A stretch of DNA of 62,317 nt, the filler included, from Gemmatimonadota bacterium (GTDB taxonomy: Bacteria; 4572-55; J002), in the NCBI GenBank assembly GCA_003697105.1. It is 4 parts of 4 records of this genome, joined end to end, with 100 filler letters (N's around TTAATTAATTAA, not from the genome) between each part and the next. Parts side by side here need not be neighbours in the genome. Positions count along the whole stretch, not along the records: positions 39,620 to 59,107 come from RFFQ01000067.1; positions 59,208 to 62,317 come from RFFQ01000085.1; 2 more parts are not named here. One strand, given 5' to 3'. Every line of letters starts with the position of its first letter. Positions within the stretch are counted from its first letter, which is position 1. The notes under the pieces are model-generated. The model was not told the DNA's origin and did no database searches. It saw only the letters and a list, made by a program, of their open reading frames with translations. A program made the position numbers and the translations under genes. Shown here in pieces: positions 50,379-59,825 of this stretch.

Positions 50379-50936
50379 ATGAAGGCATATCACACGAGAA
50401 TTACTGGCGCGGTACTTTTTCTTTTTTTGGCTCTACAGGTTGCCAGTTGTTGGAATCCATTCAGCCCCCAACAAGATAAACCGGAGAAAATCCGTCCGCT
50501 AGCACCAAATACTCCCGAAAATGTACTTTCTAACTTAGTGCTTGCCTACCGTCAGCGCGACATCGAACTCTATTTAGATTGTCTGGCAGATGATTTTGAG
50601 TTTTACCTGCTGGATGAAGATTGGGCAGATTTTGATGGTGACGGGGAAACCGATCAGTTTTGGGGTTTAGCCTTGGAAGAGCAGTTTACCCGTAATATGT
50701 TTGAGCAAGCCTGGCGAATTGAATTAGATGACTTTCGTGGCACTCAAAGCATCACCGATCCCTCTGATCCCTCTGGAAAATCAAAAATTTTGAAGCGCTC
50801 TTTTACGTTACGCGTCTGGGAGACTGAAGAGAGCGTGGACCCATTACCAGCCCAAGGAGAAGCCACGTTCACCCTTCGACCCAACGAACAGGGTATTTGG
50901 AAAATCGTAAAATGGGTGGATGAGTCGGAAGTCTAA
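50379..50936 (+). CDS. NTF2/SnoaL-like lipoprotein
   Basis: Lipobox VASC-WNPF; TPENVLSNL..AY...D...Y..CLADDFEF; DFDGDGETD Ca-loop-like; WKIVKWVD; GGAGG SD before ATG 50379. Confidence 0.75.
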   Translation: MKAYHTRITGAVLFLFLALQVASCWNPFSPQQDKPEKIRPLAPNTPENVLSNLVLAYRQRDIELYLDCLADDFEFYLLDEDWADFDGDGETDQFWGLALEEQFTRNMFEQAWRIELDDFRGTQSITDPSDPSGKSKILKRSFTLRVWETEESVDPLPAQGEATFTLRPNEQGIWKIVKWVDESEV

Positions 50937-50940
50937 ACAC

Positions 50941-50973
50941 AAAAAGCACTCTCATTATTGGAGAGTGCTTTTT
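50941..50973. terminator. Bidirectional intrinsic terminator
   Basis: AAAAAGCACTCTC-attattg-GAGAGTGCTTTTT between convergent genes. Confidence 0.85.
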
Positions 50974-51002
50974 CGTGAACCCATTTGAAAAGAACCGGCA
51001 TT

Positions 51003-51446
51003 TTACACTTCAGGAGCTTCCGCGTCTTCGGAGTTTTCCGATTCAGTGGCATCCGAATCTGCCGTATCCTCGCCGGCGTCTTCTGCGTCATCTGCGTCAC
51101 CGGAATCTTCATTCTCTTTTGGCATGCCCGATTGTTTACGGATGTCTTCAATTTCTGCTTCGATCTCCTCAATCCGGGCGCGGAATTCTTTAACTTCCTC
51201 GATCAATTCCAAAATCTTTTCATCCTGCAAAATATCGGTCTGTCCGGTAGTGACGCCTTCAAACACCTCACCGCCGATCTCGGCAAACGTGGCTTGAATT
51301 TCATTGCGCAACCCATGAATACTATAGCGCAATTTACTAATCTTGATGGTTTCTTCGGTCATTTCTTTGGCGACCGCCGCCCCTCGTCGCACCCGGCCAA
51401 CACCTTCTTCTAATCCTTTTTTAACAGAATCCCAAAATGATGGCAT
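51003..51446 (-). CDS. Hypothetical coiled-coil protein with an acidic tail
   Basis: AAGGAGG SD; amphipathic N-terminus, heptad region, D/E-rich C-terminus. Confidence 0.8.
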   Translation of the reverse strand: MPSFWDSVKKGLEEGVGRVRRGAAVAKEMTEETIKISKLRYSIHGLRNEIQATFAEIGGEVFEGVTTGQTDILQDEKILELIEEVKEFRARIEEIEAEIEDIRKQSGMPKENEDSGDADDAEDAGEDTADSDATESENSEDAEAPEV

Positions 51447-51637
51447 GATAAACCTCCTTCAAAATGTGGTGGGATAAATCAACGGTAACATGATAATAGC
51501 TGTTCCCTACCATAATAGAAAAAGCAAGGAGCGTCAAGTTAAATTCTGGTTAATCCTTCAGATAAAGCGGTAAAAATACAAATTGTTCTGCGATGCCACG
51601 CCTCATCATTTGCGCCCTACGGCAGTCGATAGAGTCA

Positions 51638-54133
51638 CTAAGTCGAGTTTGGGGGGGAGACATCCCCGGTGTCCCGTCGGTAAAGAGCTTTATTATGAAG
51701 ATGGATATAGATTTTCCACAACAACTCATTAACTTGGATGGGCTTCGTCACAAAATCATCACATCCGGAAAGCAAACTGGATTGACGGGTCTGTTCAAAC
51801 GTACTTGCTGAAATACCAATGATAATGATGTTGTCTTTCAGATGCGGCATATTACGAATCTGTTGGGTTGCTTCCAGCCCATCCAGAATGGGCATCATCA
51901 CATCCATCAGAATTACATCCAATTCACCGCTCGCCGCACGTGCTAACGCCTCCTCCCCATTAGCCACTTCTTCTATCTGAAAACCTAACGGGGTTAGGAT
52001 AGCGCGCAAAAGTTGCCGGTTTTCGGTATAATCATCAACCAGCAATACCCGGTACGAATGGCGTCGCCAATACGCCCTATCCGGAGGCAATGAGGGCATT
52101 TGCGGAGAAGGAGACTCTAGCCGTGGTAATTTGAGGTCAAACCAAAACGTCGTTCCCTTCCCCAGTTCACTTTCCACCTGTAACTCACTTCCCATCAAGG
52201 AGACCAAACGTTGGCTGATGGTCAAGCCTAAACCGGTGCCCTCAATATTGGGCAATTTATCCGAGTCAATCCGTCGAAACGGATCAAAAATATCGGATAG
52301 CTGTTCCGGGGGAATACCCACACCGGTATCTTGCACCTTAAACCGGAGGGTCACAACCGGTTTTTCCTCGTCTGGCGTGGATTCAGAGAGGCATTGCACG
52401 GAAAAGGTTACTTTTCCTTTTACCGTGAATTTGACAGCGTTATCCAATAGATTAAGCAGCACTTGGTTCAGGCGCCGCTGGTCGGCTTCCACACACAAAG
52501 GCAGATTGAGGTCAAAGTCCGTATAAAAGCGGACCCGATGCTGTTCTGCTCGAATTCGTGCCATCCGTTCCAAATAGTTCAGTACCTCACTGAGGCATAT
52601 TGGCTGCGGGCGAAGTTCAATTTTGCGAGCTTCAATTTTAGATAAATCCAGAACATCATTGATCAACGTCAACAGATGGTCAGCACTGTGGGAGATAACA
52701 TCAATAAAGTTTAGTTGGCGCTCATTGAGTTGGTCATCTTTGCGAAGAAGCTGAATGTACCCCATAATCGCATTGAGTGGGGTACGGAATTCGTGGCTCA
52801 TGTGGGCTAAAAATTCACTTTTGGCATTATTGGCATTCTCCGCTTCTTCTTTTGCTTGTTGAAGTTCACGTTCAGTTTGAATTCGGGCGGTAATATCATG
52901 CCCCCAGACGATCAGCCCTTTTCGTTGCCCATCGGGATAAAACAGTGGTATTTTGATCACATCATACACATGTTCTGTCCCGTCTGGTGCCGGGATAACT
53001 TCATCCCCGCGGGTGGGGACACCGTTCTGCCATGTTTGCTCGTCAGTATCCTGACAGACAAAAAAGGCATCGCGGTGCAACTCACTATATTCCGCCAATT
53101 GGGAATCCGTTTTGCCTTGATACGGCACATGTTCAATCTGAAAGAGCCGGAGCATTGCCTCGTTTGCCAACCACCAGCGCCCCTCACCATCCTTAAAGCA
53201 GATGACATCCCGGGTTGTAGCATTGATCAGCACGCGCAATTTTTCCTCGCTTTCCTGAACGGCATCCAGCGCTTGCTTTTGGTCAGTTACATCCGTGATA
53301 AAACCCTCTAAATGAAGGAGTTTCCCACTATCCGAGAAGATACCCCGTCCCTGCTCAAAAACCCATTTGATGCTCCCTGCCGCCGTCACAATACGGTATA
53401 TACACTGGAAGGGTTGTTGCTTTTCCAACGCAGATTGTACTCGCTCCCACACATAAGCCCGGTCATCTTCATGGATTAAATCATTATACGAAAACGAATT
53501 ATTTTTCAGGAGGTCACTTGCCGTATAACCGGTCAATTCCAGCACACCTTCACTCACAAAATACATTGTCCAATTTGGATCGTTTAAACAGCGATACGCC
53601 ATACCCGGCAAGTTACTAAGGAGTGTTGCCAGCTGGCGTTGATTCTCTACCAATACTTGCTGGGCTTCTTTTTGTTTGGTGATTTCCCGATTCGTGGCAC
53701 GCCGTCCAATCCGTTGTCCCTGATCATCATAAACGGTTTGGCAAATGTGGTGAATCCAGCGAATATTACCTTGCGAGTCCAAAATTCTAAACTCGAACGT
53801 TTCCAATGTGTTACTATCAAACTCATGGTCAAAATGAGATGCTACGATGGGGCGGTCTTCAGGATAGATCAGGTCTGCAAGAAGATGGGGTTGTTGCCGG
53901 AATTCCTGAGGGGAATAGCCCGTAATCCGTTCACAAGAAGGGGACATGTAAGTATAATTGCCGTTTGCATCGATCCAGTACTCCCAATCATAGGTAAAAT
54001 CCAAAATCATACGAAGCTGGCGCTCCCGGGCGTGAAGCTCCCGAATCAAAGCTTTGGCTTGGTCTAACGTGAGCTGATCTAAATCTGGGAGTGGGTCGGT
54101 GGGATGGCGGAATGCCTCCGAAGCCTGTGGCAT
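51638..54133 (-). CDS. Cytoplasmic hybrid histidine kinase (3 PAS, HisKA, HATPase, REC)
   Basis: PAS motifs (YMSPSCERITGY, SNLPGMAYRC); MSHEFRTPLN; NLLDNAVKFT; GTGLGL; LMDVMMP. Confidence 0.92.
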   Translation of the reverse strand: MPQASEAFRHPTDPLPDLDQLTLDQAKALIRELHARERQLRMILDFTYDWEYWIDANGNYTYMSPSCERITGYSPQEFRQQPHLLADLIYPEDRPIVASHFDHEFDSNTLETFEFRILDSQGNIRWIHHICQTVYDDQGQRIGRRATNREITKQKEAQQVLVENQRQLATLLSNLPGMAYRCLNDPNWTMYFVSEGVLELTGYTASDLLKNNSFSYNDLIHEDDRAYVWERVQSALEKQQPFQCIYRIVTAAGSIKWVFEQGRGIFSDSGKLLHLEGFITDVTDQKQALDAVQESEEKLRVLINATTRDVICFKDGEGRWWLANEAMLRLFQIEHVPYQGKTDSQLAEYSELHRDAFFVCQDTDEQTWQNGVPTRGDEVIPAPDGTEHVYDVIKIPLFYPDGQRKGLIVWGHDITARIQTERELQQAKEEAENANNAKSEFLAHMSHEFRTPLNAIMGYIQLLRKDDQLNERQLNFIDVISHSADHLLTLINDVLDLSKIEARKIELRPQPICLSEVLNYLERMARIRAEQHRVRFYTDFDLNLPLCVEADQRRLNQVLLNLLDNAVKFTVKGKVTFSVQCLSESTPDEEKPVVTLRFKVQDTGVGIPPEQLSDIFDPFRRIDSDKLPNIEGTGLGLTISQRLVSLMGSELQVESELGKGTTFWFDLKLPRLESPSPQMPSLPPDRAYWRRHSYRVLLVDDYTENRQLLRAILTPLGFQIEEVANGEEALARAASGELDVILMDVMMPILDGLEATQQIRNMPHLKDNIIIIGISASTFEQTRQSSLLSGCDDFVTKPIQVNELLWKIYIHLHNKALYRRDTGDVSPPNST

Positions 54134-54396
54134 GGTAACCCCCTGAGGAAATAACACTGAGAAACCGCTTTCCCCTTCCATATATCAGGTATGTTTAGGG
54201 CGAGAAAGCACATCACAAAACGGTTGTAACTCTTTTAATTTATTGATTTTTTGCCTATTATCTATGACTACACTGATGGGACATTTAACAGATGCCTTGT
54301 AACCCCTAGACTAGCAGAAAACCAAAAGGATGTCAATAGCGATTGTTCATAAAACCGGTGCACTGCACTTGGAATATGATGCCCCCAGCAAACATG

Positions 54397-54432
54397 AAAA
54401 AACCGGACATTCCCAGTGGATGTCCGGTTTTT
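54397..54432 (-). terminator. Intrinsic terminator after msrA (bidirectional shape)
   Basis: AAAAAACCGGACAT-N9-ATGTCCGGTTTTT. Confidence 0.8.
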
Positions 54433-54456
54433 CAAGCGGTTAGTACCGACCGCCCA

Positions 54457-55509
54457 TCAATCTTTGAGTAATTCCTGAAACTGATCTTCTAATTTTTTCA
54501 CTTTCGGATCAATAACAATTCGGCAGTATGGCTGGTTGCCATTCAAATTATAATAATTTTGGTGATAATCTTCTGCTTCATAAAAAGCCTCAAAGGGTGT
54601 GATTTCGGTCACGATGGGTGACACATAATAGCCGGAAGATTCCATTTTTGCCTTAGAGGCTTCTGCAATCGCTTTTTGGGTCTCATTGTGGTAAAAAATT
54701 ACAGAGCGATATTGGGTTCCCACATCATTCCCCTGCCGGTTGAGAGTTGTTGGGTCATGGGTCTTCCAAAAGACATCTAAAATCTGCTCAAAGCTGATTA
54801 TAGCGGGATCAAACGTAATTTGCACGACCTCGGCATGTCCTGTGGTGCCGCTACAAACGGCGCGATAGGTTGGATTTTTAACGTGACCTCCCGAATACCC
54901 GGAAACCACTTTTTGCACCCCTTCCAAGCGCTGGAATACCGCTTCCACACACCAAAAACATCCCGCACCGAGGGTGGCTATTTCATATTCCGCCGGCATA
55001 GTGTCATCCTCCATTAATGTCTGTAAGGTATTTAAAATCGGGCGCAATTGGGCTGAATCCAGTTCTGTCACTGCCGTTTGATGCACCAACCGCCCCATCG
55101 AATCAAAAATCAAAATATTGGCATGCTCGTCTTCAAACTGATAGGCTTGGGCAAAGACACCCCTCCAGTCCATCAAGATATGGTGACGAGGGTCTGTTTG
55201 GGGAAACTTACTTTTGACAAATCCTTTCAGGAAAAAGGGCACTCCTCGCAAATCCGCTACTCTTAATGCGGTCAATTGATCCGGCGTTACCCTTAATGAA
55301 TCTGTGATAGCATTCTCCCAAATCCGGCAGTATTCATTTCCGGCGCGGTCACCTCCCAGCAACATCAAAGGCTTACCCCGATAATCTCCCGCGAGATGAT
55401 TCCGGTCAAATTGGTCTTTCATCTGAAAATCGATCAAATCTGAGGCGAAACTTGTACTAAAAATTGCTCCGAGAAGCACTCCTCCCATCAGAATTTGGGT
55501 GATTTTCAT
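54457..55509 (-). CDS. msrA: Peptide-methionine (S)-S-oxide reductase fused to an N-terminal exported thioredoxin-fold-like (ATP10/YtfJ-like) domain
   Basis: [41 protein letters not shown]-terminal signal, DQF...DW motifs. Confidence 0.88.
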   Translation of the reverse strand: MKITQILMGGVLLGAIFSTSFASDLIDFQMKDQFDRNHLAGDYRGKPLMLLGGDRAGNEYCRIWENAITDSLRVTPDQLTALRVADLRGVPFFLKGFVKSKFPQTDPRHHILMDWRGVFAQAYQFEDEHANILIFDSMGRLVHQTAVTELDSAQLRPILNTLQTLMEDDTMPAEYEIATLGAGCFWCVEAVFQRLEGVQKVVSGYSGGHVKNPTYRAVCSGTTGHAEVVQITFDPAIISFEQILDVFWKTHDPTTLNRQGNDVGTQYRSVIFYHNETQKAIAEASKAKMESSGYYVSPIVTEITPFEAFYEAEDYHQNYYNLNGNQPYCRIVIDPKVKKLEDQFQELLKD

Positions 55510-55670
55510 TTTGTGATTCTCCCATGTGAGAATAATGCGTTGTAAAATCAGGGTCTTATAGCTTGAAATACTCAGCGCCTCTGTTCAAAGGCGGCGGGAA
55601 GCGGTAAATTCCGTAAGCATACCCGCAGAACCAAATTTATGTCCCACGGCACTTAATTACGTAAATAAGA

Positions 55671-57176
55671 TTATTGTTCAGATTCGCGAGAATCCCGGGG
55701 CAAGGTCAAAATAAACGTAGTGCCGATCCCTTCTTCGCTTTCTACCGTAATATTGCCGTTATATTTGTGTACGATCCGGAAAACCGTCGAAAGTCCCAGC
55801 CCTGTGCCGCGTTCACCTTTGGTACTATAAAAGGGTTCAAAAATACGACGCTGTACCTCCGCCGGCATACCACAGCCATTATCACTAAAACGCACCACAA
55901 CCGAATCTGGTTCATCTTTGATTTCAACGGTGATCGTCGGATTGGGGCGTCCTTCCAACGCATGAACCGCATTGATGACCAAATTCATAAAAATCTGACC
56001 GATCTCCCCACTGGTACCCCGAATCACAACGCGATCGGCACTGAATTTCTCAACAAGTGTAATGTTATCAAGTTTGCGCTGTTGCAACCGCACGGTTTCT
56101 CGAAAAACTTGACAGAGGTCAACATCACCTAATTTGCGGCTCTTCCCACCGATGAGGTTACTGACATCACTGATAACCGTGCGAGTTCGCTCATCTGCCA
56201 ACGTGATCAAATCAGCAGCCTCTTGGATCATCTGCCACTCTTGCCGGAATCGGGCTAATTCTTCAGCCAACGCGGTACCCTCTTGATCGGATTCCCAACA
56301 TTGCCAGATTTTTTCTTCATCCAACGGTTTGGCATTTTTGATCATGTAGAGGGGAGCATTGATTCCGGTAATCGCATTGTTGATCTCGTGTGTGATCATC
56401 GCCGCCATTTCCCCCAAGGTGGCAAGTTTCTCATTTTCCACGACTTGTGCCTGGGACTGTTTTAACTCTTCCTGTTGTTTTTCGATGACGTCTAATTTTT
56501 CCTGAAGTTCAGCCACATGTTGGCGCGCGGATGCCACCATCAATTTGAGTAAAATCCAGCTTAATAACACGACTAACAAACCAACAACAAGTGCAAGATT
56601 CCGATTCCAACGAATTTTATCGTCAATCTGTTGTAAAGAGGTTGAAACCTCCACTACGGCTCGGACATCATGGTCGGACGAGTGGCAATCCGCCGATTGG
56701 CAACTTTTTTCGTTACGTAACGGGCGTAATTGGGTCATATAGCGGGTGCCAGTAGGGTTGTTTTTGATAAACTCCACCGGTTGGAGCGTCTTTAACACCC
56801 GCTGGACGCTATCCAACAAAGCCGGGGTCACCGGTAAAGTTGATGTTGGATTATAGATGGCATCACTATACACTTCATCGCCATGGCGATCATAAATTCG
56901 CAAATTCTCAACATGTGTCACATTTCGCCGTATATCGCGTAGCAATTCCACCGCTTGTTCAGCTTCTCCAGAAAGCATGACCGTCCGGATGCCTGACATT
57001 AGAGAATTGGAGAGGGAGAGTGCTTTCTGCCGATTTAATTCCATCAGCGCGTTTGAATTGGAAACCAAACTAAACAGCACATAACCTCCGAAACCCACAA
57101 TTAAGATCAGGGTGAGCCAAAAGATAAAGGTCTCTTCGGAGCGAGGTTTGGATAGCGGATTCGGTGTTGGTGTCAT
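55671..57176 (-). CDS. Membrane sensor histidine kinase with a periplasmic heme-c binding domain (DUF3365-like)
   Basis: Two TMs flanking PLRNEKSCQSADCH; H-box ITHEINN; N, DNGCG, PFYSTK, GTGLGL boxes. Confidence 0.85.
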   Translation of the reverse strand: MTPTPNPLSKPRSEETFIFWLTLILIVGFGGYVLFSLVSNSNALMELNRQKALSLSNSLMSGIRTVMLSGEAEQAVELLRDIRRNVTHVENLRIYDRHGDEVYSDAIYNPTSTLPVTPALLDSVQRVLKTLQPVEFIKNNPTGTRYMTQLRPLRNEKSCQSADCHSSDHDVRAVVEVSTSLQQIDDKIRWNRNLALVVGLLVVLLSWILLKLMVASARQHVAELQEKLDVIEKQQEELKQSQAQVVENEKLATLGEMAAMITHEINNAITGINAPLYMIKNAKPLDEEKIWQCWESDQEGTALAEELARFRQEWQMIQEAADLITLADERTRTVISDVSNLIGGKSRKLGDVDLCQVFRETVRLQQRKLDNITLVEKFSADRVVIRGTSGEIGQIFMNLVINAVHALEGRPNPTITVEIKDEPDSVVVRFSDNGCGMPAEVQRRIFEPFYSTKGERGTGLGLSTVFRIVHKYNGNITVESEEGIGTTFILTLPRDSRESEQ

Positions 57177-57279
57177 GTGAGATGGGGCAATTATTTGGAA
57201 GAAACATCGGATTTAACCATTAACTACCAATATAGGCAGACCACGTGAGGTGTCAAGTTACATTTCCATGACAAAACCG

Positions 57280-58023
57280 TCACAAATCGGTTTGCCACGG
57301 TGACCATTCGCCATTTTCCGTCAAGATATAGGGAGTGCCGGCTTCATCCCACCGAATAAGCCGGTTTTCACGCACGATCATGGTGGCGCGAGTTCGGGCG
57401 ACTTTTTCGTCGGTGGCAGTTTCGTTCAAGCCCCATGTGGCATAGATTTGCCCATTAATTCGGCTAATGGTGCGTTTATCGCGGAAGCCCATTTTTGCGG
57501 CGATCTGTTCGTTCGTCATACCCCGCGCCAGCATCCGAGCAACTTTCTGTTCGTTTGGTTCCAGAAGTGCCATCGGAGATTGTTCGTCTTTATGCCGCAC
57601 CTCATGCACGCGCGATTCAATATCGGGGTCAATAAAACTGCGTCCTTGGATGGCATCTTTGAGGAGGGGAATAATCATTTGCGGCAATAGATAGTTGGAC
57701 TTGCGAACATACGCATAATGACTGAGAATACCCGCCCGGCGGAAAGCACGATAATACTCATCATCATCTTGGATAGAATAAAACACCACCGGCATTCGGG
57801 GAAATTCCCGGCGAATTGCCACAGCGGATTCAATCCCGTTCATTATTCCCGCCAATTGTACATCCATCAGGATAGCCTGTAGGGACTGGTCCAAACAACA
57901 TTCAAGTGCTTTTTCGCCGCTATCACAGGTTTCCATCACTTGTACTTCGCCAGTATGTTCCAAACCCGCCTTTAGTGCCGACCGCAATTTGGGATTATCT
58001 TCGACAATCAGAATTGTGAGCAT
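57280..58023 (-). CDS. NarL-like response regulator with a divergent HTH
   Basis: IVEDN, LMDVQL, YVRK receiver; LEPNEQKVARMLARGMTNEQIA HTH. Confidence 0.88.
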   Translation of the reverse strand: MLTILIVEDNPKLRSALKAGLEHTGEVQVMETCDSGEKALECCLDQSLQAILMDVQLAGIMNGIESAVAIRREFPRMPVVFYSIQDDDEYYRAFRRAGILSHYAYVRKSNYLLPQMIIPLLKDAIQGRSFIDPDIESRVHEVRHKDEQSPMALLEPNEQKVARMLARGMTNEQIAAKMGFRDKRTISRINGQIYATWGLNETATDEKVARTRATMIVRENRLIRWDEAGTPYILTENGEWSPWQTDL

Positions 58024-58107
58024 GATAAGTTCCTCAAATATGGAATATGAAGCCCTACTTTAGGCTGTATCGAAGCCATTCTCAAGCACTCAGGTGCTTT
58101 AAATTAC

Positions 58108-58136
58108 TTGCCAAAAAGATGATATTACGATAAGAT
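58108..58136 (+). promoter_or_regulatory. Sigma70 promoter of uppS
   Basis: TTGCCA-17-TAAGAT. Confidence 0.55.
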
Positions 58137-58176
58137 ACAAGAACTTTTCTGCGGATCGAAAAAGGAGTACTATATT

Positions 58177-58968
58177 ATGGCTACTACAACATCACATCAT
58201 TTACCTCATGACATTCATCCGGAATCCTTGCCCAAACACATCGCCATCATCATGGATGGTAACGGGCGATGGGCAAAAGCCCGTAATCGACCCCGCATTT
58301 TTGGTCACAGAGCCGGAGTGGATACCGTCCGCGAGATTGTCCGTACGTGTGGTGAAATTGGTATTCAACATTTGACATTATACACCTTTTCGTCTGAAAA
58401 TTGGCGGCGTCCAAAAAGTGAAGTGGATGGCTTGATGCTATTGCTACAACGTACGTTAGCGCGGGAAGTCGATGAATTGGATAAAAATAATGTTCGCCTG
58501 AGTATGATCGGGCGCATGCATGAATTACCGGATACCATCCAAAAGGAGATGACAAAAGCAATCCGCCGGCTTTCCCACAATACAGGCTTACATTTGGTAC
58601 TGGCACTCAATTACGGGGGGCGATTGGAAATTTTGGATGCTGTCCGGCAGATAGCCACCAAAGTTCAACAGGGCAAACTGGCACCGGGTCAGATTAATGA
58701 GGCAATTATTGACCAGCACCTCTATACCCGCAATATGCCCGATCCGGATTTGGTGATTCGCACCAGTGGTGAAATGCGGGTTAGCAATTACCTGCTGTGG
58801 CAAATCGCCTATTCGGAATTTTACATCACGGATGTGTATTGGCCCGATTTTAGCCCTGATAAACTGTTTGAAGCATTGCGAGAATATCAAAAGCGGTCCC
58901 GGCGCTTTGGAGGAATTGCGGCACAACCGGAAACCGAATCCTCCCAAGTACACGCCATAGAACGCTAA
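58177..58968 (+). CDS. uppS: Undecaprenyl diphosphate synthase
   Basis: HIAIIMDGNGRWA, FSSENWRRP, NYGGR, IRTSGEMRVSNYLLWQ, RRFGG. Confidence 0.98.
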   Translation: MATTTSHHLPHDIHPESLPKHIAIIMDGNGRWAKARNRPRIFGHRAGVDTVREIVRTCGEIGIQHLTLYTFSSENWRRPKSEVDGLMLLLQRTLAREVDELDKNNVRLSMIGRMHELPDTIQKEMTKAIRRLSHNTGLHLVLALNYGGRLEILDAVRQIATKVQQGKLAPGQINEAIIDQHLYTRNMPDPDLVIRTSGEMRVSNYLLWQIAYSEFYITDVYWPDFSPDKLFEALREYQKRSRRFGGIAAQPETESSQVHAIER

Positions 58969-59107
58969 CCAAACCATATCGTTTTCGGAGTCAATCACCA
59001 AACCGGCATATTTTATGGCAAGATTTATGGAAAAAGACGTCCGGTTTGTAACCGTATTGACAAGTTAATTCCGATATTTTATCCGATTTGCCAACGACCA
59101 TTTATAA

Positions 59108-59207
59108 NNNNNNNNNNNNNNNNNNNNNNNNNNNNNNNNNNNNNNNNNNNNTTAATTAATTAANNNNNNNNNNNNNNNNNNNNNNNNNNNNNNNNNNNNN
59201 NNNNNNN
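59108..59207. other. Artificial contig spacer
   Basis: N-TTAATTAATTAA-N. Confidence 0.98.
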
Positions 59208-59281
59208 AAGGTTGATCGGATTATTAACTCTTTCTGCAAAAAGAAAATAATTGATCAGACTTGGAAGGAGAAGGGTTTATA

Positions 59282-59695
59282 TTACACTACCTGTCGAATT
59301 TGAGTAAATAAGTGTAATGCTTTATTATGATATTCAAATGCAAGATCATAATTACTCTGGTAACGGTACATTTCCCCCACATTATGCCACGCAAGACCTA
59401 ACCGGTAGGTGTCATTTAGTGGCAAAGCAAGTTCAGCGGCACGTTGAAAATGTTCCAAAGCCCGGTTATAATCACTTTTTGACCAGTAAAACACACCCAA
59501 ATTGTTATGGGCATCCATAATTCCGGTAGTGTATGCCGATTGCTGGGCTAAAGCCAGCGCCTCTGAGGCGGATTGGTAAGATTCCGCTAAATTTACGTTT
59601 CGCCACAACCCGGAAAGGGTATTGAGCAGGTCTACTTTAGTGGTACCTTCTGCGGTTTGAAGTTGCTGGCGAACTGTTTCAATCGTTTGGAGCAT
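59282..59695 (-). CDS. Short tetratricopeptide-repeat protein
   Basis: AHNNLGVFYW...YNRALEHF and AWHNVGEMY...YDLAFEYH TPR units; start moved to ATG 59695. Confidence 0.7.
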   Translation of the reverse strand: MLQTIETVRQQLQTAEGTTKVDLLNTLSGLWRNVNLAESYQSASEALALAQQSAYTTGIMDAHNNLGVFYWSKSDYNRALEHFQRAAELALPLNDTYRLGLAWHNVGEMYRYQSNYDLAFEYHNKALHLFTQIRQVV

Positions 59696-59825
59696 GATGA
59701 TCTTCCATAAATGCACGTATCCCGAAAGCATGATAATCCTCTTGACAGAATCATTCTGATATATTTTAGTGATAAAGTCAAGTTTATAAATTTGGTCTTC
59801 CAACCTATAGGAAACAATTTGAGGA

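Noticed and set aside
58969-59107. cdsA expected after uppS
   Set aside because: Only a 17-codon ORF lies before the contig end, so nothing can be concluded
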